DNA of 64,000 nt from Basidiobolus meristosporus CBS 931.73 (lineage: Eukaryota; Fungi; Basidiobolomycota): assembly GCA_002104905.1 (NCBI GenBank), contig MCFE01000070.1, positions 62,001 to 126,000 on the forward strand, in the 5' to 3' direction. Shown here in pieces: positions 48,467 through 61,954 of this stretch. Made by a program: the position numbers and the translations under genes. Numbering within the stretch: the stretch's first letter is position 1; every line of letters starts with the position of its first letter. Under the pieces are notes generated by a model, which was not told where the DNA came from, did not search any database, and worked only from the letters and a program-made list of their open reading frames with translations.

Positions 48467-50722
48467 TCAACGTCGAAGCCTCATGAAGAAGGCGTTTTTA
48501 CATAGGCGACTTCCCTCTGGCAAGTACTTGTCGTAGAAGTTCACGAAAAATTGCTCGGGCTTGAAGCCAAATTTTTGATATAGAATCTGGCGAGACGTTA
48601 GGAGGGTGACATGTCATAGGTGCGTCAGAATCTACTTACCATGGCTGGGTTGTTTGCAAAGACATGGAGGGTGACGTCCTTACCTATACTGGTCTACAGG
48701 TAGAAAATATGAGTAAATAATCATTGATGGAGTGGCCTTGCTCTTTCTTACCTGGATTAGGTGGTAAAGCATAAATCTGTAACATAGTCAGTATATATCC
48801 TGGCCTCTAAAGAAATCTCGCATACTTACTTGCCGATCCCGGCCCCTTCCCAGCCTCGGTCTACGGCAATGTAAGTGATGTACGCATCAGGGGTCATGAA
48901 GGCACAACCGATCACCATCCTCTTGTAGAGTGCAACAATACTAAAGTCGGGAAACAGAAGTGCTTCCGACACTAGGTAGGAATGAGTATCAGCCCAGAAT
49001 TGCAAGCTTCAATGTACGTACTGTCGATTCCAGGCCAAAAGCAGCGGCACAAACAGTCATTGACTTGTTGAAGATGTTGTGGCTGGAAGTAGCAGTAGTA
49101 GATGGGTGCAGATTGTGGTGCGCTCCAATTCGGATCAAGGCTAATTGGGCAACACAATGGTCAACAAACCCTATTCATGACGGTCTCCAAGTCATTGGTG
49201 TCTTACCGGTTGGAATACCGGACAATGTCCTCTAATAGCTGTAACTTGGGTGGCTTCGATTCGTAATCTCTTCTGATATACGGGCGAAGCTTGCGGCCGA
49301 AGTAAGGGCTTTTCCAAGCTTGGAAGGATGTCAATGTGTTGGACAATTCGGGATCTCCATAAAGTCGTCGCGCAAAAGAGTGCTTATGTGGAGTGTATGT
49401 GCTCTGCTCGTAGTCGTGAGTTTACATGTTCTGGAATACAGTAGATACTTGGCCAACGATACCTTCTCAAGCTGCATGATTTTCTGATTCGTAATGACCG
49501 TCTCGTCCTTCTCCGGTTGTTCGCTCAGCTTTTTGCGCTTAGAAGTTGCAGCCTTTGTTACTCCTTCCACTCGTACTTGCGACTTCAGGTAATTGTTGAT
49601 TGTCTTGTCAATGTCGAAAATAGGTATATCAAAGCCGCGTTTAAGCTACAATCTTTTGGTCAGTACTTGTTGAAGCCCCGATCCTTAAATTTACTTACCC
49701 GACGTAGATGTAGCTTACGCTTCAACCGTAGCGCTTTTGCAGTTAGAGGTTTTCTAGAGTGCTCGAGTTTTTGAAGAAGCTCCCACTCTTCTTGTTCATC
49801 CAGTGTTTTCTTGCCGACAGCACCTGCGCTGATATATTCTCTCGCGTGCTATAACGGTTGAATGTTATAGAGTAACTCTACTCGGGGTTATGAGGAATCC
49901 TGCATACCTTAGCTTGGGAAGCTTCTGGCATTCTGGCTTGCGAGGCAACTTCGTCCATCACCTGCAATGATGTTTCCTATACGTAGATTTTAGTAAGTAA
50001 TGAATCGCTGCTCATGAGAAAATAGTATGCTTCTACGTTTAACTCTGATTTCGGTGAGCGCTCCGATTCAAGTGTTATTGAGGTAGTTGAATCACTTTTG
50101 GGTGGAGAATTTGGTAAAGGCGGCTCTATTCCTTCCTCTGGGTCAATTGAAGTGGAGTTTTGATTTTCGAGTGACTGAGTGGACTCCAATACATGCTCAG
50201 CGCACGAGGATTCAGCTTCGTTAGATTCTACGTTGCTAAATTCGGTAGAGGTGGTGTTTATCGTTGAGGTGTTTCCAATTTGTAGTTCGAGAGTAGTATC
50301 CACAGTTGAATCAGTAACCTCCTCTTTAATGGTGAAATTCTCCGCGGGAGTTGTTCTCTGGTTCAGGATTAGGATTCGAATCCTATTTTCAACTTCCTCT
50401 GGTGTCTCATTATCCAATAAATCACATGGATCAAAGAGAGTGTCAAAATCCTGTGGTATATGTACATCGGGTCGTTGGAAAAACTCAAATATCTGTTGAA
50501 TATTGGAATTAAGGGCGACTCTTCGACGTTTTCTAGAGGGTAATTCATCAGGTACAGTGTCGACCTACACATGTATGCTTATTATTAAAATGCTCTTGAA
50601 AGTATTGACTTGATAAAATCCTGTAAGTCCAGCTCACTTACATAATCAGTGTAGCTATCGTGCATGTCGAAGTCGCTACTTCGTCTAGTACGCGTTCTTC
50701 GAGTGGGTTGTTCTCGAAGCAT
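48467..50722 (-). CDS. KAT14: KAT14/CSRP2BP/ATAC2-like GNAT acetyltransferase, multi-exon
   Basis: C-terminal exons read FWPGID, FPDFSIVALYKRMVIGCAFMTPDAYITYIAV, YHLIQ, GKDVTLHVFANNPAM and LYQKFGFKPEQFFVNFYDKY..CKNAFFMRLRR*, closely matching the metazoan KAT14 C-terminus. The proposed ATG 50722 splices in frame to the acidic ORF 49977-50417; the N-terminal model is less certain. Confidence 0.85.
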
Positions 50723-51061
50723 ATCAAATACACACTATACAAAAAAGCAAGGGAAAGCTTTATATATCAATAAATGATTGTTTTCATATTTTAAGGCACA
50801 CCATAAGAACTCCAAAGAGATAGAGAAAATTTAAATCAGTGCATAAATTGGATTTTACTTCGAATTTGTCTGAGGGTACTCTATCTAATTTTACTATGCC
50901 AATATTCTACTCTTGCGATTAAATGTTGAATTTCAAGTGGACTCCTTTAAGCACCTACGCGCTGTCTCTTTCCGGAAGGATGTGACGAGGATTGCCCATG
51001 CTCATCCTAACAATAGCATAAAGTTCATATATGTACGCACACACGGGTGGAATTTATCAAA

Positions 51062-54000
51062 TCAAGCCTTTACCTCTTGCCCATCAACATCGGCAGTATT
51101 CTCTTCAGCGTCCAAATCCATCTAATATATTGTTCGTTAGCACCAAGGTTACTGAATGAGTACTTGACTACAGATACCTTTTTAAGATCCTCATCCGATT
51201 CCGATATGTCTGAGTCGTGAATGTTTTGTACTTGGATTCTGAAGTCTCGTGCGGTACTACGCTTCAGGTATTGCATCAAGTTAACCTAAGAATGGCGTAA
51301 GTTTCTTATCCTTCGGTGAGAAGAGATCCGTCGAAATTACATTGGATTTTCGTGAGAGCTGAATCAAATATCTTTCGAATTGTTCCAAAGAGAAGATAAG
51401 AGTCGGGATCAGTCTCGATTCACGGGTGATTCTCGCCTGAATAAAGAATTCGAGTTCAATGGTAATTCAAATGCTAGGAAATCTCATCAAAGTCACTAGC
51501 GGACCTTTTGCTTGGTATTTCTTTTCGCTCCTTTCTTCTTCTTATTTCGATTTTCCTCGGCGTTTTCCGCGTCGGTTTGCTGAAGCCATGGTATCAGCAT
51601 GTACAAATAGCGAGATAAAGGCCCACCGACAACCTCGACCAGATTGATAAATTCTTTCTCGATCATTTTGCTCTCGGCGATTTTCTGCAAAAGGCGAATA
51701 TCTGCTGATTAGTATAGAACAGGTTGGGTCATGCTCGGGTCAACAACTCACGTATTTTGTTAGCACGCTGAGTACTTTATAAACCTTAGTTGACAGCGCG
51801 TAGAAGCTGTTCAGCTGGTGGTCCAATGATACAGGCCTTTTCAAATTCGACTATGACTTCGAGGTGAACGGCTAAATGTCTTGAAATCTGCTTTTCTAGA
51901 CCGTTCAGCTGCGCAGAAATCTCATTGGCATCTATTGCATTGCAAACATGGGATATTTAGTAAGCTACTCTACGATCGAATGATGATTTCTCACCTTGAA
52001 GCGAACAATGGAGTCTCAGATGTGAGAGGCACCATTCTAGCTCATCAAGCGCTTGCTCTACCGAGGAAAGCACGATCGTAGAGGAGGTACTCCAAGTTTT
52101 TGAGTTAATTATCGCAAAGTGTTGCTCTAAAGGCTCTTCTGAGTCCACTTCCGGAGGTACTATGTCTCCAAGGACTATGTGGATGTCCTCGGCAAATTGA
52201 AGAGCGCATTTGAACTGAGAAATGTTCTTGGCCAATGATACGAGTAGTGTCACCGTAGATCTCGCAAAACTAGTGTCTTCTATTGCGTGCTCCGTACAGA
52301 TCTTGTTGAGCCACTCGACCATATCGGCCAAACCCATGTCATTCGAATGAGAGAAACTGACTTTGGTCAGTATAGATATACAGTTCATCAAACTAGTAGC
52401 TTCTTTATAGAGGGGAATCCTCTCAGTGATTAGTGCGTCGATATATTCCTGAGCAGATGTTACTTATGGAGTTACAGTGCATCTAGCATGAAATGGATTA
52501 CCTTGAAGGTTGCTAGGTGGCCTTGGACCAAATCTTGCAGCTGATTTTCTGATGGGTCTACCTTGGCGACAAACTGTGCAGATGAAAGCAAAAAGCCCTC
52601 CACTTCATCAGGATAGAACGAAATTATTGTTTGAAGTATAAAACAATAGGATTCGATGAAGATTGTCAAGAATGATTTTCCCTAAATTAAATGATGAGCC
52701 GTGTCGTATTCGCAACAGTAGCTAGCAAAAACACATACTCTGTCTTTTTTGCCTGATGATTCGGAGCTTTCATCATCATGATTCCCAGAAATTCCTTCAG
52801 TGATTTGCTCTAAAAAGAGTGGTGCCAGAAGTTTGATATATTCCAGGGTAAAGGGGTTTTGTAATCCAGGATTGGAAGCTATCTGCGATAAATCACTAAG
52901 CAAGTGTGCACGCTTGATGAAAGTCAAAGCATACATACCTTCGATAGAGAGCTGTGCAGGTTATTCAGGATGTGCTTTAAAAAGGTTGTTTCGTTCCTGA
53001 ATATAGTAACAGTTTCAAGATATCCATTATCGGCCTTGCGGAATATATGAATAGTCGCTTTAGTCAGAAATTCAAAACTTAGGGTGGAGCTCTCTGAAGA
53101 CTGCGTGACACTCTGTCGTCCTATGAACACCTATGGATAAGTCCTGAACTAGCTTGATGTCAATGCATACAAAAATACCTCTGGCTGTAGCTGTCTTCGA
53201 TTTGATCATTTCGGAGAGACTATAGTACTTCTTGAAAAGCTCAATGATTGTTTTGACAGAGTCTATGGTATTGCTTTCACAGAAGAAATAATACTCGATA
53301 ACAGCCTATGATTTTTCATAGTAAATATCGGCACCATCGGTGAATGAACAAGCGCTGCAAAAACCTCGTAAACGCCTAGTAGCAATGTCGCAAAGATGTT
53401 GTTTCGAGTTCCAACATTGGTATTCAGCGAGTAATCTGCGGATTTATCGAGTTCGAAATCTTCCATATCAGCTCGAACCAGTCTTTGGATTATGGAAACG
53501 AATGTAGATTTGGCAGCAGTGTAATGAGCAGAGAAAGCTACATATATGATTTAGCGCTATTTGAAACATCAGCAGTGATTTTTTGCTCAATACCTTGGTC
53601 TAGAGAGCTATCGGATTTTCCTATTAGTATTAGAGATTTGGCTAAGCATTTCATTAGCCATGGTAGTGGCTCAAAGACTCTGGGAGAGCCTCCAGAAGAC
53701 CCGTTCTCCACACAGCATTCCAATTTTACGCAAGTAGATATGCTTTGATCGGGCTCATAGTATTTTTGAAACTAGTGGAGTATAATGGTCACTACATGTA
53801 AAGCAGAACCCTTCTTCTCCACGAAATTTTTACCTGAGGATAGAGGATTTCAAGGACATGTGGAACCAAATCCATACGAGTATTCATGATTTCCACAAGC
53901 GCTTCATATAATCTCATTCTGATCTCGGGTTGCTGGCTGAAGCATCTACGAAGCATTCCTATACAGTACAATCAATCACTACTAATCAAGAGAGGTAATT

Positions 54001-56627
54001 CCACTTTCAAATACCTAATATCTCGAGCCCCAAAGGGTCTGTATGCGTAACTTGCGAACTCTCTAATTCAATTGTGTCTTTAGTCAGGAGTTCTATAAAC
54101 CCGGCCAATGCAATTTGCCGTCCTTCGGAGTCTCTGTTTGACGATAAGTAGGAGAACACACAAAAAATATCGGATGGATGTATATTCACCGTGAAAACAT
54201 CCCCTTTCGTAGAACAAGCATTAGGCTATCTCGAAAAGAAGGGTTCATCAGAACGATAGGTTTTAGTCCTTTCAAAAGATGCTCGGCGGCAGGTAAAGAA
54301 AGATATGAGAGGTAATCCAACGCCTCCTTAATCTAGGTACATATGTTAGAGGTGTCGGCGAGCTACGTTTCGTTGATAACTTAAGACGTACTCTGGATAT
54401 ATAATTGGTTAGAGTTTGCGGACATTCCTTCACAATAACATCCAGCAGGTTCAAAAAACTGCTGACACTGTTTGCTTTGGCAACCACTCTAGCCAGAATT
54501 TGGTCAAGAATCTCTGTTCGAACCATGTCATGTAGCTACAACAAAGTTAATTCATGATTACGCAAATTAAAAATATTTAAAGGAGTACTTTAAACAGCTC
54601 CTTCAATACGGATATGGCCAAATCGCAGGCATGATCGTTGGGTGACAGGTTTGTTACCTTCTTGACATAAGGCCGCCCTTGCAAATAACGATGTTGAGTG
54701 TCGCTGTATACGTTCCATTCATTTGATAAAACTAACCTGCTGTTTTGAACCCAAATGAAGTGGTGGAATCAATGATGATCATGCATAATTGAACTAAACT
54801 CTGAGTAGCTTGATCCCAACCATATGCGGTTTTGGCTACTATCCTTTGAAAGATTTCCGATATGGGAATATGGATCAAGTCGCTGTATACTATGTGTATG
54901 CGTTAGAAGGCAATCCAGGTGTAGGACAATAATAACCATGAATCAACCAACCTGACATCCACCGAATTTGTTCTAATTTTTCGGCATCTCGAAATACTGT
55001 AAGAACGGCGGATTTAAGAAAGTCGATAGCCTAGTGCAGGTGATGCGAATCTGAGTCGTGCGCGATGGCATGGATTATCTGCAATTCTCACTAACCACAT
55101 CTTCAAATCGATGTATACGAGCTATAGACAGCAAACAGGAAATGTTAAACACGGTGAGATATCTGGTTTTTCCACTTTTGACAAATTTCAAGAACTCGGT
55201 TCCGAGGTCCTGTAATAGGTATAAGGATTAATGAGGATTCCGTCGGTGTGCTGTAGCTGATGCATACTTGATCTTGTTTGATAGCAAAGCAAATGTGCAA
55301 TATAACGGTTCCTTCCATATGGCTTAATTGTGCAAAGGAGAGATTTCTGTCTCCCTCTTGGCTTTACAATCGTTGAATTGCTTAGAATTGAATGGCCGTT
55401 GGTATCAAAAAGCTTGGGTATACCTCGAGTGCTTTCTGTCCAACTGGTTGAAGTAATAAGTTATTCCTTCAATAATCAGGCGCTTACATCCCTAGTATTA
55501 TCGATAAAGGGTGGTTTCAAATCTCTTGATTGGAAGGGTCGGAAGGAATATAACTGACATCTCTACCTTTTTGGATAGTACCAGTAATTGGTAAACCAGT
55601 GGCGGAATCTCGTTGATATCAACCAAGTCAAACTGCCTTAGATGTGCTATCAATACGCCAATACGACCATGTAGCAAGCTCAACATTATTTACCTTATAA
55701 TTTTGTTCACGACAAATTCGGTTTGTTTGGGTGACATAGGGATGTCCCGAAAGATAGATGCGATGTGAACAACAATATCTGTATTCCATCGATATGTGCA
55801 TATCCGATCAAGTAAAAAATCCTTGAAGCTTTGCCCCGAAAGAACTGTAGTTTCTCCGGTATGCTCTTTGACATTAACCTCCTCCTGAGGAGCAAGCAGC
55901 TGCAGGAATTTAGGTATGAAATCGAATACTTTTCCCGATAGACTTCCTCCTTGTCGAAGATATTCCATTATGATAAGTGTCCCGTCCACAATGATATTAG
56001 AGGAAAGCTCGTCACACTGAATTCAGGTAAGAGATTAACTCGAGTAACTTTCAAAAGGAGATGTTGAATTCAACCGAACCTCCGGAACAAGAAAGTTTAT
56101 CAAGTCGGTTATGAATTTTTCGGAGCTATTGTTCACTCTCGATAATTCGTCTGAACACAGCCTAAAGAGAGATACTTGGTTAAGTTGTTTTCGCTTGATA
56201 CACAAATAACAACTGAATGCGCACCATTGTAAGGCTAAAACCAAGATTTTGCCTCGGCGAGCTAAACCAGCCTCTTCCTCTACTGGTGAACCTGCATAAT
56301 GATTATCGATTAGCTTGTTATACTAAATTTACTCTTGAAACTTTGGCCAAGTAACCACCGCACACAATATTAAATATATCTACCATGAAAGATAGCTCTT
56401 AGAAGTAGTAGCAATTCGACTACGTCGTTGTCTTTATCCAAAGCTGATAATTTCTTACGGATAATTTCCAAAAGCTAAAACGCAACGTATTACTACAACT
56501 TGCTAAATGGAAGCAGGTAGTTTTGAGAAAAACCCAAACTAACTTCCTTCTCTTCCTGCTGTTGTATGTACTCTTTTAATTGACTAAATTGCCCTTTCTG
56601 CGCGAGTTCAATTATTTTCAACTCCAT
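51062..56627 (-). CDS. FANCI: Fanconi anemia group I protein homolog, many exons
   Basis: N-terminus MELKIIELAQKGQFSQLKEY; motifs EIPPLVYQLLVLSKK, RQIALAGFIELL, LGLEILG, RESRLIPTLIFSLEQFERYLIQLSRKS and NLMQYLKRSTARDFRI. Stop inferred at 51062-51064 after a final intron. Confidence 0.9.
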
Positions 56628-56865
56628 CGTAGTGTTTATAGTGCTAACAAAAGGCCTTCGCTACCATCTCAAAGAAACATCAACACATTTGTATGATTTT
56701 ACATGATCTGCCGAGCATACACTTGCCGCAGCCATGATTTTACAGTTGATTTGGATGATCAACAAAACAATTGTTATTGTGTGCAGGGGTAGCTCAGTAC
56801 TGAAATTTCGAACGAGCTCGGCAGTCACGAATACTTAGTGTACACTTACTACCGAATTCCCAAAC

Positions 56866-57452
56866 ATGTCGAAGAGAAGCGTACCAACAGAAGAGCAAGA
56901 TACTGACTACAAGGTACTATAGAGATCCCCTTGTATATCTTGTATTGTTTTGACTAATATCTCTATAGGCGGATCTTGAAATAGAATCGGAAGACGAACA
57001 AAATGAAACGGTTTGACTGCTATGATGTATCTTGGTATTTGAGCAAACTATTTATTCTAAATGCCTTCAGAGTAAGAACAAAAAGGCCAAGACTACCACC
57101 GGGAACAGCAAAGTGAATGACGACGGGGAACAGTACTTTGAGGTGAGTAAACACAGCAAAAGCAACTTATTTGCCTGGTCCGCTCACTAACTTCAATCAT
57201 GCGATATCGTAGCTCTCAAGCAAAAAGCGTCTAAGTGTTAGAAAGTGGAAAAACATGGTGCTGGTTGACTTTCGGGAATTCTTCACTGATTCTAATGGTG
57301 TAGTTAGACCTACAAAGAAAGGTATAGATGCATTCGGGTCTTTCATTGTTAACTATACTCACACCTCTGTAGGAATAACTTTGTCATTGGATCAATGGAA
57401 GAAACTCAAGGAGCTCGCAAATGAAGTTGATGATGCTATCGATCAATTGTAG
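56866..57452 (+). CDS. SUB1: PC4/Sub1 ssDNA-binding transcriptional coactivator, 5 exons
   Basis: Spliced product ..YFE-LSSKKRLSVRKWKNMVLVDFREFF..PTKK-GITLSLDQWKKLKE is the PC4 domain; GT-AG introns. Confidence 0.9.
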
Positions 57453-57904
57453 ATGATATCGAATTTGCGCCCGGGAATATATTATATTTCTCAAGTATCC
57501 AGGACAATTTGCAGTCAACACTTGCCAGTTTCATTGCTAATTCAATAGATCGCGTTATCCCCCAGTTAAATAAAGGCAATCCTTGTATCATGGACTTCGA
57601 CATCTCAACGAATGAATATACATAAAATGCGCCAACTACAACCCCGTCTGAAGAATCTGCACCTAGAAATTGCGTTCACAAACCAGTGTATAGCAGCTAC
57701 TCTGAATCCGACATGCTTGGAAGAATTCAAGGCATATGAGGCTTCATATATAAATATATATATTCAACGCAACATAGTAACTCTTTGGAAACGACTCCAA
57801 AATAACTTAACTAACCCATATTAAATGCGAACTATAGTACAAATACTTGCAGTAAAGAAAAGGTGCTCGAGAATTGAGAATGATTGGCGACCCGAAGCAA
57901 GTGG

Positions 57905-58395
57905 CTAAAAGTTTGGGAATTTCGTTTCGCTATAGCGCCATTCAGTGTCCTCCAAATATTCCAAAGCATGCTTCAAAGAACGGGCCAAGAGTTTCTCATG
58001 CTCTTCAAGTCATTCCAAAACACGCTGGTTAGCAAAGGCTGCTTAGAAGCCAAGAATACCGCCTATCATACCTTGTTGGAAGTTTTCTAGCCCTTCCTTC
58101 CACATCAACTCATCATTGGCCAGATTAGGCACCTCCACTTGTTAACAAGGACGAACGATTTAGAAAACACAATTCCAACACCGTTAATCGAGGAACATCA
58201 CGATATACCTGGGGAAGAGGAAGACTCTCGAGTATCTTCCGGTAACAAATCAGATTGTGTCGAATCACTGTTTCGGCCTATTAGTGGGGAGTTGATTTCA
58301 TGAGAAACACCATTGGCAACTGGTGTGGTGGCGAACGCATCAGGTGTATCCTCACTCTCACTGGCAAAAAGAAGTCGACGAGGTCTCATTGACAT
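57905..58395 (-). CDS. Small hypothetical protein (possibly APC16-like C-terminus), with an in-frame TGA at 58010-58012 in the best model
   Basis: ATG 58395, Ser/Pro-rich exon 1, GT-AG introns, then ..QRVLE*LEEHEKLLARSLKHALEYLEDTEWRYSETKFPNF*. Confidence 0.4.
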
Positions 58396-58575
58396 ATTGC
58401 CGTATCAATAGAGAAAAGGAGCTCGATCATGTCATTTCTCAAGAGTAATTTATATATAAAGAAATTCGCTTGATCAAGACCAAGGCTTAAAAAGGGAACA
58501 AAAACAAATCGAGATAGAATATTTGCTTGATTAAATGGATGATTTTATTGTGATGTACAACACCGCTCCAACCCT

Positions 58576-60012
58576 CTATTGAGCCTTGCTTTTGCCACGC
58601 CATTTCTTCAAAGCGACATTGGAGCCGGTGATCTGCATCAAGGGTGTTAGTCGGACTATGGATACCAATACTCAGTGATACTGTGTTACCTTATGGGCCA
58701 GGTTTTTCACCAAGTTCGGTGCCATTCTCAAGAGTGGTGTAAAGTTTACATAAAATGGAATCTTCAACTCGTTGCCAACGTTAGATTCAAGAATGGCTTC
58801 GATCTCCTGCACAACTTCACTTGGCTCTAGAGTAGAAAGAAGGAACTTCAACGGATGGGTTACTCCAGCAAACATCCCAGTGTTAATTAGCCCAGGAATG
58901 AGGATGGAACAGTGAACATTATCGACGTTCGGATATCTACGTGTGAGGTCAGCTTCGCACTACTATTATTTCCGTACCAATAACACTACCTAGAAGCCAG
59001 CTCTTCACGCAAAGAGTCGTGTAATGCAATGATTCCTGCTTTGGATGCGGAGTAATCAGCTAACAACAGTACCCGAAATTAGTACAGGTCGAGACTCGGT
59101 TGTATAATGTATTCTGTGGATTTGTGAATGTACCTGCTTGAGCAGCGCCAACAAGGCCCAAGGCAGATGATATTGATACCTACAGGGGGTCCAAGTCAAC
59201 GATAGAGCGGAGCGATACATCTTAAAACATTACCTACTATATGACCGTGATTGTTCTTAATCATTGAAGGAAGGAACTCCTTGATAGTCCAAAACTGAGA
59301 AGCCAAATTCACATTAAGTGTCCTGGTCGGGAGAGTTGATGAGTCGTCCGCAATATTTCGAATACAAAACTCAGCTTACCTCTCAATATCCTCTATGCGC
59401 GCATCTAAGATGGTGTTTGGAATAACTATACCAGCGTTGTTAATAAGTATCGTTGGATTGCCGACCTAGTATAAAGTCGATTTAGTACTTCTAACGTTAT
59501 GACTGTGCACATTCTTCAAATGTAATGCAGTTACCTCTTTTCTGATTTTCTCAGCAACTGCGCTGACTTGGTCACTCACAGCAACATCGCACCGATAAAA
59601 ATGCATACCTAACGAGCGAGGGTGATTATGGAAGGTTAAATGACACTCTTCATAAATGGGGGATGCGATACTAACTGTGTTCTGATTTCACTTCGTTAAC
59701 ATCTAAAACGATGGTCTTAATGTTCCTGACGGCTAAGGTCTCAGCCAACATGAAACCTATGCCGCTAGCGCCACCGGTGATAAGTACAATTTCATCGTTC
59801 CAATCGAGTTTATTCTTGCTGGGAGGATGAAGTAGACGGTAGCCAAGAGCTGAACAAATTACAGCCATCCCATATGCATACCATATTGCACCCCACCCGC
59901 TACAAGGAACACCGGTGCTAAAAAGATACCACAGCAGACAAGCGCCAAAGCCGTAATAAAACACGCTTACGCGTAGAATACGTAACAAGAAATCAAAGTT
60001 GAATTCGGCCAT
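58576..60012 (-). CDS. Short-chain dehydrogenase/reductase, RDH10/17beta-HSD11-like with N-terminal TM segments, multi-exon
   Basis: TGGASGIG, CDV, LINNAGI, NVNLASQFW and YSASK catalytic motifs; stop TAG 58576-58578. Confidence 0.9.
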
Positions 60013-60433
60013 CTGAAGCTAAGAGAATCAACGCTGCTTGAGACACCTTTCAAGAACAGCTTGTAGGATCAAGGAAATTTCATGTGAAATCCCGGTAATT
60101 GAATTTGGATTTGGAAAAAATGCCATTGTTGGGTGATCACGGCCACGATGATGATGGTCTGCAAGCTCTGAGGCAGAGGGAGATTGTTGGCCATCAACTT
60201 TATTTTACAGGGCAACAAAACATGTTTCAATTGAACGCAAATCTGAACATTTCTAGGAGCTTGTAACTGAAGAGTTCTCGGGAAATTCTCCCAATAACTT
60301 CACCTATCTCGTGGACGGAGATAAATCACTTTGAAACCTAATAGAACAGTCATACAACATTGCAAACCAATTCGCTCTTCCTTCCACAATAAGAGTTAAA
60401 TACAGCCATCTTGGCCTTCCTAGTCAATACAAC

Positions 60434-61753
60434 ATGAAGCTTTCAATTGCATATTCTTTGTTAGTTCTGTCATTAGACGCCAAGCTGATACTTGCCGAAT
60501 TTAATTTCGTCAATTCTGATATCAGTACCTTGTTAAGCAACAAACAAAAGCTCCAGGCAGGCGATCCAGAGATGGTTTCGGCCTTTAGAGCTCTGATGGT
60601 GCGCGCGCAAAAAGCGCTAGTACGTAGGGTCACATACACCGTGACCCAGAAAACGCAAACGGCTCCGACCAAGGACATCCATGACTACGTTAGCTTGGCT
60701 AGATACTACTGGCCAGATAAGAGGAAGAGGAATGGACTACCGTATGTCAAAAAGGATGGCTTTCCAAATCCAGAAGTCAAGAAAATACTAGACTACAAAT
60801 TGCTACACGACTTGGTAAGAAGATTTGCATTCGTGGCTGTTTGTTGCATGAGCGGCAAGTGACCTCTTTATGTTAGATAAGCGACACCCGCGATCTAGGA
60901 TTTGCCTTCTTCTTCACGGGTCACAACAAGTATGCGACCAAGGCGATCAGTAACTTGGAAAGTTGGTTTCTTGATGAACAAACGAAAATGAACCCAAACC
61001 TCAACTTCGCATCCATGGTCAAGGGACGTCGGACAGGAAGGAGAACCGGACTGCTTGACATGCGGACGATCGGTGATTTGCTGGATGCTCTGCCTATTCT
61101 GCAAAAATCCCCCGATTGGGAACAGCAGCATACCGAAGGGATGCAAAGCTGGTTCACTTCTTACCTAGACTGGCTTGAAAATACGCCCTTCAGAAGTGAA
61201 GAACAAGGCTCGCTTAACAACCATGGTAAGAATCAGCCTGATCCATCCACCACAAACTAAACTAACCATACTTGAAGGCACCTATTTTGACTACCAGTAT
61301 ATATCCATTGCCCTGTCTCTCGGAAGGAATGACCTTGTGATTGCTACAGCCCAGAATGCGACCATTCGCAGGATAGCTGCACATATCACACCACAGGGGA
61401 TTCAGCCCGAGGAGGTTAAGCGGCCAAATTCCTGGGGCTATTCTGTCTTCAACATACATGGGCTGTGTCTATTGGCAAGAAGCGCAAAACTAGCCTCAGT
61501 AGATCTATGGAACTACTCAACCTCGGATGGGCGTTCCATACGTACGGGCCTAAATTATCTGATCCCATTTGCGCTGGGGAAAGCTAAATGGCCTTACAAG
61601 GATGTCCCCAAGAATGGGACACTCAACGAGTTTGTGGAGATACTGGAGATAGCACGTGGAGCCTACACCGATCCAATCTATCTAAATGCGTATAACTTGT
61701 TGCACCAGAAATTTCCACCCAAAGTCAATTACAACCGCTTAATGGTTTCTTAG
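60434..61753 (+). CDS. Secreted polysaccharide lyase with Alginate_lyase domain (PL38-like glucuronan/alginate lyase), 3 exons
   Basis: Signal-peptide-like N-terminus, then HDYVSLARYYWPD..GLPYVKKDGFPNPE, MNPNLNFA, NNHGTYFDYQ and RPNSWGYSVFNI. Exons 60434-60814, 60877-61225 and 61278-61753. Confidence 0.85.
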
Positions 61754-61954
61754 AATCAATATATATTTGCTCCTGTATATATTATTACAGTTTATCCACC
61801 AAATACAACCATTCCCCTTTGCTTACTTCAACCTCATTCTGCCCAATGTCTATTGCAATCGTCTAATCGTTCCTTAGAAACAATGTATATTTGCTCCTTT
61901 CTGGAATTACAGTTTATTCGCTAAATATAACTATTCCCCTTGGCTTAATTAACT

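Noticed and set aside
48740-48756. CTTACCTGG resembling the U1 snRNA 5' end
   Set aside because: It is the reverse complement of a KAT14 exon/intron donor (CCAG|GTAAG).
57612-57824. 70-aa ORF between SUB1 and the small minus-strand gene
   Set aside because: It lies in AT-rich convergent 3' UTR space and has no motif.
58010-58012. Selenocysteine codon
   Set aside because: The context is not a redox motif or a known selenoprotein family, and no SECIS could be identified by eye.
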